Assembly (NCBI GenBank): GCA_008632985.1
Contig: QPGO01000027.1
Coordinates: forward strand, 310,001 to 374,000
DNA: 64,000 bases
Direction: 5' to 3'
Source: Psammoneis japonica
Taxonomy: Eukaryota
The notes beneath the pieces are model-generated. The model saw only the letters and a program-made list of their open reading frames with translations. It was not told the DNA's origin and made no database searches. The position numbers were made by a program, and so were the translations under genes. Positions 49,234 to 62,013 of this stretch are shown here, in pieces. Positions within the stretch are counted from its first letter, which is position 1; each line of letters starts with the position of its first letter.

Positions 49234-49708
49234 GGTGGTCCTTTCTTTCAAAAGAGAACAGCAATCTATGAAGCAAACAGTATGTGGATAGAAACTCTCT
49301 CTACTAGCTAGAGACTAGCTAGCCTTTAAAAGGAGAGCAGGCTATTACTTTATGCCCCTGCTGCGTGCTGTTTCGCGGTTCGCGGTTTGGGTTTGTTGAT
49401 TTTTTCCTTTTTTTTGATTTTTTGGATTATGTAGATGTTCTCATATGATATGTATCATCATTCCTCGTTCATCATCGTCGATACGTCGACCGTTTTCCTG
49501 CGCGCTCGCCTCGCTTGCGCGCGGAGAGTTCCAGAGTGTTTGGAAAGTTGGAAAGAGGATTGTGAGAGAGCAAAAAAGCAAAAGGATCGCAGATCGCAGT
49601 TTTGCTCAATGAACGCAGCGAGAGCGCCATGGAAATCGATCCAGAACTTCTAGACTCTGACGGCAGTGATTATGACATAGAGGTTGATGATGGAATGCCG
49701 ATGAGGAC

Positions 49709-51318
49709 ATGAGCGATTGCGAGAGCTTGGCTTCGTTTGAATCTGAAGAATTCTTCCCCCCACCCGAAACGCCAGATCACGTCAACATTTCTGTTGAAGA
49801 ACTTGAGCGGATTCTTCGTACCCACAAGGAAGAAGGAACAGTTCGGAGTTTCCTTACGAACGTCGATACATCTGATGAAAGAAATGGTTTTATTGCTACG
49901 TATGCAAATCCTACCGTGCTGTTTGAGCGTCCCAAGCCCATACGTAAGATTTATGGAAACGTTCTTCACTTTGCTTGTCACGATCCCGATGCTCAAAGGC
50001 AGCTTGAAAAGATCAAACTGATTTTGAATGCTGCAAAGAGAGCCCACATTGATTGTGCATATTTGCTAGCTTTAAAAGAAGTTGTTTACAACCGGGACGA
50101 GACGGTCTGGTCCCGTCCTGGTCCGACGAAAATCAATTGAAAATGGTGGAAGGGGAATGCATGACTCCGCTCCGTATACTCTTGCAAGACATGCGCCGTT
50201 GCAATTTGGAATCGGTGAAGCTCCTCTGCGATACTTGGCCAGATGCAGTTTGCTGTCGGCCCACAGAGAAGACTTTGAATCCACCACTCTCATGGATGTC
50301 TTCAACCACCGTTTTGACTTGAGCGAAAATGCTGTTGAAAAGCGCGTCGCAGTTTCAAAGATTCTTTTGGATGCAGCAGAAAAGACTCCTCTCGGAGCTC
50401 GAGGTCTCGTTTCTGCAACACAAAGTTTGAAATGTGGCGTAAATATTGGAACTGTTCATTGGGGGGATGTTCGAGAAAACCACACCGTATCCACATTATC
50501 TGCTCCCATGAGAAAGTCCAGAGCGCTTCCTGCCAATGTTTCTCCAAGCTTGGCCTGAAGCACTCAAAATATGCAATGAATGCTCTGATTACGAGGTATC
50601 TTTTCCTTTCCACGACCTGGCGAGTTGGGGACACGCACGCTTCACAAGATCCTTGGAGGTAGTTTTGTCGTACTCAACTATTGAAGCCATTGCTGTTGCG
50701 TTACTGCAAGTTTCTTGTGATAAGACGGGGTTTCATGTAATGCAGCAATGCATTGAACACGAATGGAATGTCACTACAAAGATACAAATGCAACGTCTCC
50801 TCGTCGACTACGTGCACAAGAAGGACCCGCATGGCCGAAGTCTGCTCCACTATGTGGCAGCTGCCGAGCCCACGGTTTCGCCAGACAAAGAACATAAATT
50901 GTCAAACTTGGCACATGGAGAATTGCTCCGAAACGGTGTCGCCGTCGACCACGACAAAGACCCTTCCGACGCTGTTCATTTGCGTTTTGAGAAGAAGCTT
51001 GAAACCGAGAAAATAAGGCAGAAAGATTACATCGACGAGGTTTGCCAGTGGATCCTTGGCATTGATCCATCCCTTGCATATGCAGTCGACAAGGACGGCA
51101 TGAATCCATTTCACTTTGCCATACGCCAAGGTAAACAGTGGGACGACGGTCTCAAACGTCTTTCAGAGTGTGTCCCGGAGTGGCCAATGTCGCGTGAAAA
51201 GTCGAACGGACTTTTTCCATCCTTGTTGGCGGCATCCTCTCCAACCCCGGACCTGAACACGATTTTCGAGCTGTTGCGCTACAACGTTGGATCAACATTT
51301 TCTTCGTTCAGTAGTTAG
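49709..51318 (+). CDS. Ankyrin-like repeat protein (frameshifted)
   Basis: GNVLHFAC, ESVKLLCDTWPDAV, GRSLLHYVAA, DGMNPFHFAI and GLFPSLLAA..DLNTIFELLR across consecutive + ORFs. Confidence 0.7.
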
Positions 51319-51493
51319 GTCTTCAATGGTCGGCACGTGATTGATAAGCTCTATCTAGGCACTCTTCCGTGGCTGCATTGATTCGCGCCTTGCATGAACT
51401 TTGCAAAGAGAACAGGTTGTAATTTTCTTTTCTATGTGTCTACAGCATATAGTTTGATTTCTCATAGCAAGACAGGCCATTTGTAGTTCTCCA

Positions 51494-52510
51494 TCAGCGC
51501 TTTGAAAATAGCGCTTCTTCCAAGGCACAACTCCTTGACCTCTCGCCTTGCTTCAAATCAACCGTAAGGTCTCTGAGTACCCTTCCAGATGCTTCATTGG
51601 GTAAGTAGCTCTTAGAAACTATTTTTCGAAATTTTCCTTGCTTGCAGAGTAGCAACGGCGTTGTCTCTCTATCGTGACAGTCAATTCTTCTTTTTATTGT
51701 TTGGCATTTGAAGGTGAGCAAGCCACACCGCAATGCCCAGAAAACTAAAGGCGCAACCCCAAAAGACCAAGTTTGACGCTTGGAATAGATCCAACGATGT
51801 AGTCCCAAATGTTCGACACAGTTTTGCGTCCAGGGTTATACCAATCAAGCAAGTGCAACGCCCACTGCCACAAAAAGACAAGCTGTACGATGCTCTCCAC
51901 GACTCTTTCCCAACATCATGAGAGACACTGGACCCGACGCCATGACAAGCGGTAGAATGTACCACAATTCCAAAAAGAGCGATTGTTTTCTGGTGTAAAA
52001 TAAAATCACCGCCAATATTCCAAATGCGTTTCCAACCAGAAAGCACGAGTCAATCACTGCATAGTATCTTCTTCTTCTTGTAACTATATGCTTCATACTG
52101 CCCGTCCACAAGGCCAGACCCGACACTCCTGTAAAGTAGCATCGGTCCACCACCAATGCGGAGATTCCCGTGGATAGTCCGTGATTGGCGCTTCCGTGAG
52201 ACAATGCAAGAATATCGCACTAACATTCATGAGACCAAAACTACTCAAGCCCAACAAGAAAAACAAGCCGTGCTTGTCTCTGCGGTTTTGCAATTTCCAC
52301 GCTCCTCCAAGCCCAATGCCTATACCAACAAGCGCCGCCATGCCGAGTAGTGGTGATCGTATCCAACCAAGCAGTACAACTTGAGGGCATTTCAACGCCA
52401 CGTCGTGCGGAAGGAACGCATCCACGCACCCGGGCACAAATCGTTGAAGAATGTGCTGAGACAGGTCCGGAAAAAAGCTCATAAGCATTTGTCGTGACAT
52501 GACTCATATT
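51494..52510 (-). CDS. Putative multi-pass membrane protein (frameshifted)
   Basis: Chain of minus-strand ORFs (52093-52500, 51845-52204, 51494-51808) with several hydrophobic segments. Confidence 0.55.
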
Positions 52511-52884
52511 ACAGCAAATACATATGGGATAGTGACAGCGCCTTGGTTTGCTTTGCAATCTCTTCACGAGGAGTAGTTATACGCTGTCATGGTCGTGGAG
52601 ATGTGTGTCTCGCCTCCGCGCTGTTGGAGGGAGTTTTAGTCACGAGTTGGAATCTTTTCGTCAGTCACGAGTCGTCACGGGCTTGGTCGACGACGGACAG
52701 TCGGTGGGAATCAAATCTGGCTGCTCCGGTACTTATTGTACGTAGAATCTACGTGACAAGCGCAAATCTTGCATCAAGCATCCCCTTGTTTTGTTCATAG
52801 CTTTGCTGTCAACACATCAAACAGCGTTGCGTTGCTGTTATTCTCCTCTCATCTATTAGATTATTTCCGTCCCTTGCTGAAGTC

Positions 52885-53724
52885 ATGTGTATTCCATGCT
52901 TCTTTACGATTTCGACCGCAGAAGTAGGCGTCGTTGAACGGTTCGGCAAGTACAGTCGGCTTGTGCAACCGGGACTTGGCTATACTTGTTGTCCATGTGA
53001 ACAGCTCGTGGGTCGCTTAAGCTTTCGCGTACAGCAACTTGACGTTCGTGTCGAACCAAAACGCTTGATAATGTATTCTTGACGGCGGTGGTGAGTGTGC
53101 AGTACCAAATCTTGCGCGAAAAGGTCTACGAAGCCTTTTACGCTCTGACGAATCCCACGCAACAAATCACGGCGCACGTCTACGATGTCATGCGTGCCCA
53201 GCTGCCCACGTTGGAACTCGACGCGGTCTTTGAAGCCAAAGAGGACTTGGCGTTGGCGGTCAAGAATGCCCTGTCGGAAACCATGACGGGATATGGATAT
53301 CAGATTCTGCAGGCTCTCATCACGGATCTGGATCCCGATCAGCGTGTCAAGAACGCCATGAACGAAATCAACTCGTCCAAGCGACTCAAGTATGCCGGTT
53401 GCGGAGCGTGCTGAGGGAGATAAGATTCTTCAAGTCAAATCAGCAGAGGCTGAAGCAGAAGCCAAGTACCTGAGTGGTGTTGGTGTGGCCAAGCAGCGCA
53501 AGGCCATTGTGGATGGATTGCGAAGCAGTATTGTGGACTTTTCAGACGGAGTCAAGGGATCGTCCACCAAGGAAGTGATGGATCTGTTGCTCTTGACGCA
53601 ATACTTTGACATGGTGAGGGATGTGGGAAGTGAGAATCACTGCAAGACAACCTTTGTGCCGTCTTCGCGCAGTGTGGGAGACGATGTACGCAACAGTTTT
53701 CTTCAGGCAAACTCTGCCATTTAG
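52885..53724 (+). CDS. SPFH / band-7 protein, hypersensitive-induced-response (HIR) type
   Basis: VGVVERFGKY, RVQQLDVR, QITAHVYDVMRA, GYQILQALITDLDPD, AEAEAKYLSGVGVAKQRKAIVDGL, LLTQYFD. Two frameshifts. Confidence 0.92.
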
Positions 53725-53903
53725 GAAACTGTGGGTACCAGTATGTATTGTATGATTAGTGTTTTGATCAATGGGGTCAATTGTGTCGTATCAAGGATGA
53801 CTAAGTAATGATGGATTGTCATCTAAGTAGAATTGAGAACTGAAACACTGTGTAGTACGCGAAGAGTAGCTGATAACTTAGACATGCTGCCTTACAGCCT
53901 GCT

Positions 53904-56900
53904 TCACTCGTCGCCGTCTGAATCCGAGCCCGAGGAGGAAGAAGAGGAATCATCACTGTCTCCGAGTGTCACCACCTCATCGTCCGACTGACTATCCGTG
54001 TCAGATCCCATAGCATTGCCTCGCGCTCCAACAATTGGCATGCCTCCCACTTGAATCCTTCCGTCAATGTGTTTGGGCGGCAACACGAGCTTGCTTGTTG
54101 ACTCCCACGCAGCAAAGTTCTTTTCCGTTTCACTCTCATCTGCGTCTAGGCCTCCCATGGAAAAGAGCGTAAAGTCCAACAAATACGAAGACGTGTACAA
54201 CCGGTCCAATCGTTCAAAGTGTCGTTCGGCATAGGGAGTAATACCCGCAAGGATTTCGGAATGCCATCGGCCGCCGCCAAATCGTGAGCTGGAATCGACG
54301 TGACAATGGCCTTGACCACCAGCATGGCCATGTGACAGTTGCGAGCGCGGGTGTTCCACTCACGACAAAAACGTAGCACCTGAGTGACTCGGTTCATGGG
54401 CCAGCTCTTGGCGTGGCGCTGCAACGTCTCCAAGCCGCTCTGTCCCTTTTGACGTCATTCTCGACTAGCGACGTAAGCACCTGGAATGAATATCAAAGGC
54501 AAGAGACGGTGGGTCAGATTGAAACTTTGAATTAGAAATGAACTGATGAAGTCAATTCAACTTCAACTCACCTTGAGAGCCTGTCTTGGCTTGTCTAACT
54601 CTAAAGCGATCTCCAATGCTTGTTCAAACTCCTTGTGTCTCAAATGGTTTGAAAGTCGCTGCTCCATCAAAATGTTCTGTTCCTCTGCCTCACGCTTGGC
54701 GTCTTCGACTTCTTGGGTCGTGTCCCGCCAGACCACGATTTGCGAATCAGCCCCACCACTCACCAGAGTTTCACCATCCGGGGAAAGATCGAGCGCCCAT
54801 ACCTTGTCACTGTGACCGTCCATGGTTGATTCGCATTCATTGGTACGAATCGTCCATAGCTTGACAAGGCCGTCGGCCCCAGAAGTTACCAGCTGCAGTC
54901 CTCCGGCGAGGAATCTTACACGAAGTGCACTGGCTACGTGACCCTGGAAGGTTCGGACACAGCTGTAATCACCAAGAGACCAAAGCTTGACAGTTCGATC
55001 GCCGCTGCAGGATGCAAGGACTCGATCATACGGAGAAAATTGACAATCCCATACACCGCGTTTGTGACCCTTAAGCGTAACCTGTAGTGACAAATCTGTC
55101 GATTTCCAAAGTTTAATCGTCTTGTCTTGAGATCCGGTCGCAATCAATGAATCGTTGGGAGCAATCGACACAATATTGATATCCTTCTCGTGCGCTCGTG
55201 CACTGGCAGAAGCGCGGAGTTCAATCGGTTTTGCAGCCTTATCCAATTCATCAGCACCAGGCAAATTCCATCGTTTCAGCGTACGATCTTTGCTGGCCGT
55301 GACGCAAAACGCCCCACCCCCATTCTTGGCAGCCTTTCCTCCAACCTCGTAACGACCAACTTTGCGAGAAAGCGCCGCGGCACCCACGGCTTCGGTGTGC
55401 CCCGTCGCCACCGCTGCGCAAGCTTGTCGTGACAAATTCCACAAGCGCATCGTCTTGTCCTTGCCGCATGTGGCCAAATACCGACCACATGGACTGACAT
55501 TGACACACAAGACGGTAGCGCCGTGTCCATCTAGAACGGTACAAGAAAACGTGCCCAATTCAAACAGTCGAACCTGAGCACTGTTGGTTGCAACAGCAAT
55601 ACGCTTGGTAGTGTCAGTCTTGTCGGAGGGAATGATTGCAAGATCCAAAATTTCATCGTTATGACCCACAATAGTTCTGTTGACGGATAGCAATCTTTTC
55701 TCATCATTGAGAGACAAAAAGGACAGGTTGTGTTCAGCATCGGCAACAATCAACTGATTTTGGAGCGTTTCGTCTTCTTGGTCACGCGAATGAGCTAGAT
55801 GAGACAGCTGCAAATATCCTCCACGCTCCGTACCAAAGGCTTCATCGGAAGGCTGCTCAGCAAGAAGTGTGAAACCCGAGACATTCTCTTCCTCAACGGT
55901 TGCCTTCCACAATCGAACAATTCCTTTGCTTCCGGCTGTAGCTACCACAATGTCATTTCGTGCATTAGGCAACACAACCATACCTTCGACTTGCTCGTAA
56001 ATAGGCAGTGTATGAATGCGCTGATATGAAATCTCCGACTCTGCACCCTTCTTTTTTGATTTCTTGTTCTTGGGCTGCGGTTGCTTTCCGATTCTGTACG
56101 TGTTGATAACCGCATCACGTCCGCTCGAGACAAACACAGATTCCCCAACCCATTCGAAACAAGTGACGGCACTGACATGGTCCTTTAGTAAGACTACCGA
56201 GTCTTCGTTTCTCAAGTCATGAATGACTGTGGAACCATTGTCCCGTCCAATCGCCAAAAACAATTTCGAAACATCCAGACGCCATTGCAACGACGTGACG
56301 GCTTGCATGCCGCCACTTTCGACTCCCATGGGTCGAAACACATGAGTCACAAACCCACCCCGTACATCCCATATTCGAACAATTCCATCGACCGATCCCG
56401 TTGCCAAGAATACATTGGAAATATGAAACTCCATGTGTGTTACGGGAAGCACGTGTCCCGATTTGCCCAACATCTTGGTCACGGGTGCGGAAGTGGAGTC
56501 CCAAGTCTGGCACGAAATCAACGAATATTGTCGAATCAATTGATTCGGACTGCAGGTTATCAATATCTCATCGTTCCATGAAAGAGCATAACTAGTAATG
56601 GCGTCTCCATCCATGCCCTCGTCGTCGTCGTCGTCTTCGTCGTCTTGTTGAACAAAGTTCGTCGTTATTCCGCTGCGAATGGTGCGAGCTTTGGTCCCGC
56701 GTTGAGCATCCATGATTGCTAAATCACCACCGACGGGTAACAATACAAATGGTGTCCGAGTTGGCTCTGCATCTTTTTCATCATTGCTGTCGTCGTCGTC
56801 ATTGTCGTTTGGATACAAGTGTCGAATACCCTTGCCACGACAGTGAGATACCTTGCCACCGGAATAGGTTGGTACGTGTGCCGATGAGACGGACCACGAT

Positions 56901-57019
56901 TTTGAGAGCGTCACAGCAGCAGACGTTACTTGCTCTGTATCATTTGTCGTTTCATCTTGATCCATTGGTTGCAAGTCATCATTCTCGTCCGTCGTCATGG
57001 TGTCATGTTGTTCTGTCAT
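53904..57019 (-). CDS. UTP13: U3 snoRNA-associated WD40 protein UTP13 / TBL3
   Basis: Many WD40 repeats (GHNDEILD, AVATNS, AHEKDIN, GHKRGVW) and Utp13 C-terminal motifs EWNTRARNC and PYAERHFERLDRL. Intron at ~54481-54571; small frameshifts in the last exon. Confidence 0.92.
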
Positions 57020-57270
57020 GTTTGCTCTCCCAAAACTAAAAAGTTGCAACAGAAAAAAAAAATGAGGAGAAAATTCGATGGCTCGAGGAAGATTTGTCGC
57101 AGGATTCCTTTGCGATTTTATTAGCTAAGAAAAGCTCTATAAATTCAGTCCCGCGTAGATCCGTGGATGAAATCTCAAACTTGGGACAGAACTGCCTCCA
57201 CCAATTTGAAATTTTCGAAATCTCAACGGCAACGAGCAACGACATACTACAAAAAAAGGCCACAAGCATA

Positions 57271-58410
57271 ATGGGCGAAGACGACTCTTTAAGTTCTACT
57301 GTAATAGAAAGACTCGTTGACGACGGCGAAAGCAAGGGTGACGACGCAATTGATGGAGACGGGAATGTGGAACAGCAACAAGACAATGATGACGAAGGAT
57401 TGTGCTGGTTTGCAAATCTTCTTGGCTCCCATCACGACGACGACTCGAGCTCAGCAGTAGAGGAATGCGATAGTAACGGAACAGAAATATTGGATTTAGA
57501 CGAAGCAATACACCGTTTGAAGCAACAAGTTGATACTGAATCGTTATGTAGGGACTGTCGAGAGCGCACACAAGCCATTGCTGTGCACATGGGCAGCATG
57601 GCATTGTGCCGTGGAGAGCGAGGAGATTTGTTGAGAGAGGCTGGTGCCATGGATGCTCTCTTGTCCATGTTGAGCCAATTAAAGGACTTTATTCCGCCGA
57701 TAAACAGTGACCAAGAAGAATACAGTGAATCGTCGGAAACAACAACAGCAACTCTGGAACTTGCCACGGCTTGCTTGGGCGCTTTGCGCGACTTGGCTTG
57801 TGGCAATGCGCTGAATCGATCTGCCGTGAAACAGTATCAAACGGAAAAAGGAAGCGGATTATGGCTTTTGGCGTTCTATGTAGAGCGATATCATGATATT
57901 TCGTGGCAAGCGATTGGACAATGTCGTCATTTGAAGCTCTTGACCGGCTTGATGGGTGCACTTCGAAATGTGACACACTCTGCCGCTTGTAATTGCGCCG
58001 AGTTGCATCATTTGGGTGTCTCGTCCATGTTGATTTGGCGTTTGGTACATGGTGATGAAAGCAGATCTCCCGCAGTGTCACTTCCAGATTCGGAAGAACC
58101 ATGGAGAGAGGCCGCGTTCCGCGCAGCGGGGACACTGATTAATCTTTCTGAAAAGTGCCCAGAATGTGCCGCACTGTGTGGGTCAGACCCGTTGCTTATT
58201 CCGCTTTTGATTGAGGCTTGGGGTGGGAAGAATGGAAAGCAGCCGCTTCTTCATTTAGGTTTGGCGGCAATTCTCCATGCGGCGCAACAAGCAGAGCTTC
58301 CAGAATATGATACGAGTTGGAATGACATTTTGCGAAAGGAGAAACAACGAAAACGTGCTGCACAAGCTAGAGAAGAACAACGGAAAGAGAAACTGCTTTC
58401 TATAACCTAG
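57271..58410 (+). CDS. ARM-repeat protein, divergent from UTP13
   Basis: ACLGALRDLACGNALNR, GALRNVTH and RAAGTLINL armadillo-like helices; acidic N-terminus. Confidence 0.75.
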   Translation: MGEDDSLSSTVIERLVDDGESKGDDAIDGDGNVEQQQDNDDEGLCWFANLLGSHHDDDSSSAVEECDSNGTEILDLDEAIHRLKQQVDTESLCRDCRERTQAIAVHMGSMALCRGERGDLLREAGAMDALLSMLSQLKDFIPPINSDQEEYSESSETTTATLELATACLGALRDLACGNALNRSAVKQYQTEKGSGLWLLAFYVERYHDISWQAIGQCRHLKLLTGLMGALRNVTHSAACNCAELHHLGVSSMLIWRLVHGDESRSPAVSLPDSEEPWREAAFRAAGTLINLSEKCPECAALCGSDPLLIPLLIEAWGGKNGKQPLLHLGLAAILHAAQQAELPEYDTSWNDILRKEKQRKRAAQAREEQRKEKLLSIT

Positions 58411-58623
58411 AGCTACTTCTATAGATAGACAAGGATCGTAGTTTGTTTCGACGGTTGCAGAGCCGTACTGAATCAAATTGTTTTGAGTCAAAGAATGAAG
58501 CGGGACTGGCGGTAGCTCAATCCCGGATCCGAGATCCGACACCTGCTTTTTCGCTGTTTTGTTTCGCTTCATTCTCACTTCTTCTCCAACAATCGACCAT
58601 CGACAACCGTCTACCGCATAACC

Positions 58624-59433
58624 ATGTTTCGCTTATCGTTTCTCCTGTGCGTTCTTGCTCTTTTGTCGCCCACTGCAAAGGGGGAATGTGACATGTGCTT
58701 CTTCACGACGCAAGATGCCGACGACTGCAAAGTCTATGGAAAGATTGACAATAGACGACTCGTCGCGTGGACAAAGGCGTCGCAGGAATGTCTGGATGCT
58801 TACAACATCAAGATTACGGGCGTCGACCCGTTTAGTGTTGGATGCGATCCTAGAAATGTCAATACTTTTGTGAATAATGGTGTCAAGGGTGGTGCGCTCG
58901 CGAATTCAATTCGTGCGGGGCTTGGAGTTGCCGAGGGTGGGTTTTTTGAAATGTCGGGTAATCAATACGTTCTCAAAGACAGCATCACTGTAGACGGCAT
59001 GACTTATAATTGCGAAGAATCGGAGAGTTCATGCTACAATGCCATGAAGAGCTACTTTAAAGTGGACGGCAAAGGCGAAACTGAAATGGATCAAGTGTGC
59101 GAGACGGTCCTCAACAAGGTTGCCTTGGATAAAGAACAAGAGCAAAGCAACGTGCGGAATAGGATTTGCCAAGATATTCAAGCCGGAACTGCTCCATCCT
59201 GTGACAAGTTAGGTAGCGAGGTTAAAGTTGAGGTGGACGCAGCAACTCAAGGAAGAGACTGTGCGTTTGTTGCATTTGGTCCTGGCTCAACAACGATTCC
59301 AGGTTGTGACGGAATTACGGGTCCCAGTGGTAAGGGTCCCAGTGGCGGTGGAGGTTCAGGAAGTGTCTCTTACAAATCTTCAAAGTTGGCACTGGCATCC
59401 ATTATTGCTGTTGTAATAACTCTATTTGTTTGA
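58624..59433 (+). CDS. Secreted Cys-rich protein, probable GPI anchor, unknown function
   Basis: 269 aa intact ORF with signal peptide, Gly/Ser linker and terminal hydrophobic tail. Confidence 0.8.
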   Translation: MFRLSFLLCVLALLSPTAKGECDMCFFTTQDADDCKVYGKIDNRRLVAWTKASQECLDAYNIKITGVDPFSVGCDPRNVNTFVNNGVKGGALANSIRAGLGVAEGGFFEMSGNQYVLKDSITVDGMTYNCEESESSCYNAMKSYFKVDGKGETEMDQVCETVLNKVALDKEQEQSNVRNRICQDIQAGTAPSCDKLGSEVKVEVDAATQGRDCAFVAFGPGSTTIPGCDGITGPSGKGPSGGGGSGSVSYKSSKLALASIIAVVITLFV

Positions 59434-60012
59434 ATATATTCGGTGGGTGAGGTCCGTGTGTTCTGAAGGTTGCTAGTTAATAAATTAAAACTCTCTAGAG
59501 CATGCAAATAGAAGGGCCACGACCCCTCTGGAATAGTAAAGAACAAAAGGAGGGAATGACCATCACACTCTACTCTAGCTAGAGAGTAACCTTACCTACC
59601 TACCGTCAAATTGCTTGGCAAAGGATTTGACACGATCGCTTCGTCGTACAGTATGGTACAGTACGAGTACCGTACGATGACAGGCAATCGGATCTTTGCG
59701 AAAGATTTCGCGCGCCGGCACGTTGCTTTTCGTTTTCCGTTGAAATATGACGTAATGAACAAAAAGAGAGTCCTCAGGTTGAACTTATCGATCGAGTGTC
59801 GAAATGCAACCATTTCGAAACGTCAAACGAAATGTCGGAGGACACTCTAAAGCCACGCGTCGGATCAAGCACATCACGCGTCTCCCCGTGCGCAGTATTG
59901 ATTTCGCGTACAATCTACACGTAAGAAGCCAGGCGCCTCACGATGTTGAAAATTGAATTTTTGATGGCTCCCTCCTTTCACAATTTCGCGGCGACTGCTA
60001 TTGGTTGCAAAG

Positions 60013-61846
60013 ATGTTGTTCTTGAAGTCCATTTCCGCCGCGTTGCTTGTGGCTGGGGCCAGTGCCCAGTCTCTTCGTAGCGATAAATCGCACAGACAGC
60101 TTTCCTTTGAATTAATTGCTGGATACACTCCCGGATCTCAAGTAACCGATCATGTGAGTGAAAAATGAGATGGAAGTCGAAAAAGTGTCTATGATGAGTA
60201 TTCGTTTGCTGACACTTTTTTCTTGAACTACGCTTTTATCCGCCAGAATGCCGTTGACTTGGATCAGGCTAGTATTGAAACGCATCTCGCTGCGGGTACC
60301 TCTCAGTCTTTCGGCGTCGCTCAGGCGATTTACGAGAAAGGGGCCCACTCTAAGTCGTTTGCACGCATCAAGCTGAAGACAGGTCTCACCGCGGCAGTGG
60401 CCAAGGGCACGAAAATTGAGGGCAAGACAGCCGAGGGAAACGATGTTGTCGGTAAGGCTTACAAACAGTTCGACTCTGGAATCACCGAGATTGATGTTCA
60501 GTACCAGACCAGCGACATTCAGTCTTCGTATGTCACTTGCCAGGTTGGTGGTTTGGTGACTCCCATCCTTGACGGATGCTTGGCGAACAACGGAACTATC
60601 ACGATTGGATCGGATACTTACGAATACGAATACAACCGAAGGACTGACAACAAGAATGGAAGGACCATCCAAGGATTCAGTCTTCAAGCCGAGGAGAAGA
60701 TGAGCAGCTACGACGACTACAAGAAATTCTTGGCCTACTACAGAGAACCCGATTACGCCAACCAGTGGATTCTTGCTGCGTTTGGCGGCTCAGCCACTAA
60801 TTTCAGGAACGGAAACGCCAACTTTGCCTTGTACGGAGAAACTGGAAAGACTGGTATGTACCGTTTCGCCTCTGTCGGTTCTTCCTATTGTTTTTTCGAT
60901 TGACTTGTTTCTCACCGTTGCTCTTGCTTTCGATTTGCGTTGATCGAATTCAGAGGCCATCAAGAAGGCTACTGCTTACATGGCCATTTACATGTACGTG
61001 ATCAGGGAGTTCGAAGATGCTCTTGATGATTGCAAGAAAGGTTGCATCCGCTGTAACGACGATCCCGTTCATGCTTGGGACGAAGGCGTTGCCTTTTACA
61101 CTGGTTCCTTGGAAGGACAGGATGGCGCCGGCGATGGTGTTTTGCTTTATGCGCTCGCCGACAAGAGATGCGAGAACTTTGGCACCTGCGGGTTCTCGGG
61201 CAGTGACACCGCGGGAACCGCCAAGGTCAACTACGATATCTTTTCTCAGTTCGCTCTTGGACAGCAGAATCTTGTTCAAGGAAACTGCGACGCGGCGCGC
61301 GTACAGAAGAATGTTATTGCCAATATTATGAAGGTTCCTCTCGTCCAAGGAACTATTCGATATGCATACATTACTGGAGAGCTGGAATTTTCTGAAAAGG
61401 CTGAATCCGAGGGGGCCGTCTTTGCCGCTTCCGTCCTTCCTTATGTGCATGCTTGTAACGCGAACGATGCCAAGATCATTTATGACAACATGGCCGTCGG
61501 CTCTGGAGCCGCTGATTTTGCGGCTGTCAAGGGCGCTTTTGAGAGAAACTACGAATGCATGGGTATCTCTTGTGAAGACGTAGGCGCCTACACCAACCCT
61601 GCCACTGGAAAGCCTTACCCCGGTGCCTCTGCATGCACTATGGTCCTTGCAAGCGCAAACGGAGAAGCTCCGCCGGACGGCGGTAGCAGTGGTGGCAGCG
61701 ACAACACTGTCGGCATTGCTCTCGGTGTCACATTTGGCGTTATTGCTGTTCTTGCCATTGGTGTTATCCTCTACATGCGGAGGAGAGAGATTCAAGGAAA
61801 GCCCGTCTTTGCCGGCGAAGTCAAGGGAAGCGGTGTCGCTACGTAA
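60013..61846 (+). CDS. ISIP2a: Phytotransferrin-like / low-iron-inducible protein (ISIP2a/FEA1 family)
   Basis: Exons 60013-60153, 60247-60853 and 60954-61846. Signal peptide, AGYTPGSQVTDHNAVDLDQ, HAWDEGVAFYTGSLEG, LYALADKRCENF, VPLVQGTIRYAY, C-terminal TM. Family call is firm; exact orthologue uncertain. Confidence 0.8.
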
Positions 61847-62013
61847 AGAAAGTGTACAAATAAATAGTGCTTTTAAGATGATTTCATAAGATTCTCGTAG
61901 TCATTGCCAATGCCAGCGTTTCCCTAATAGATGCCGTATCCTCTACAGCAAACCTCTCTGGCTCTAGTGGAGACAGCAGGAGAAACAGCTCCGTTCTCTG
62001 TTCTCTCTACTAG

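Noticed and set aside
60950..61795. 281-aa antisense ORF, and similar antisense ORFs over trpCF, UTP13 and the Cys-rich gene
   Set aside because: Shadow ORFs of well-supported genes on the opposite strand.
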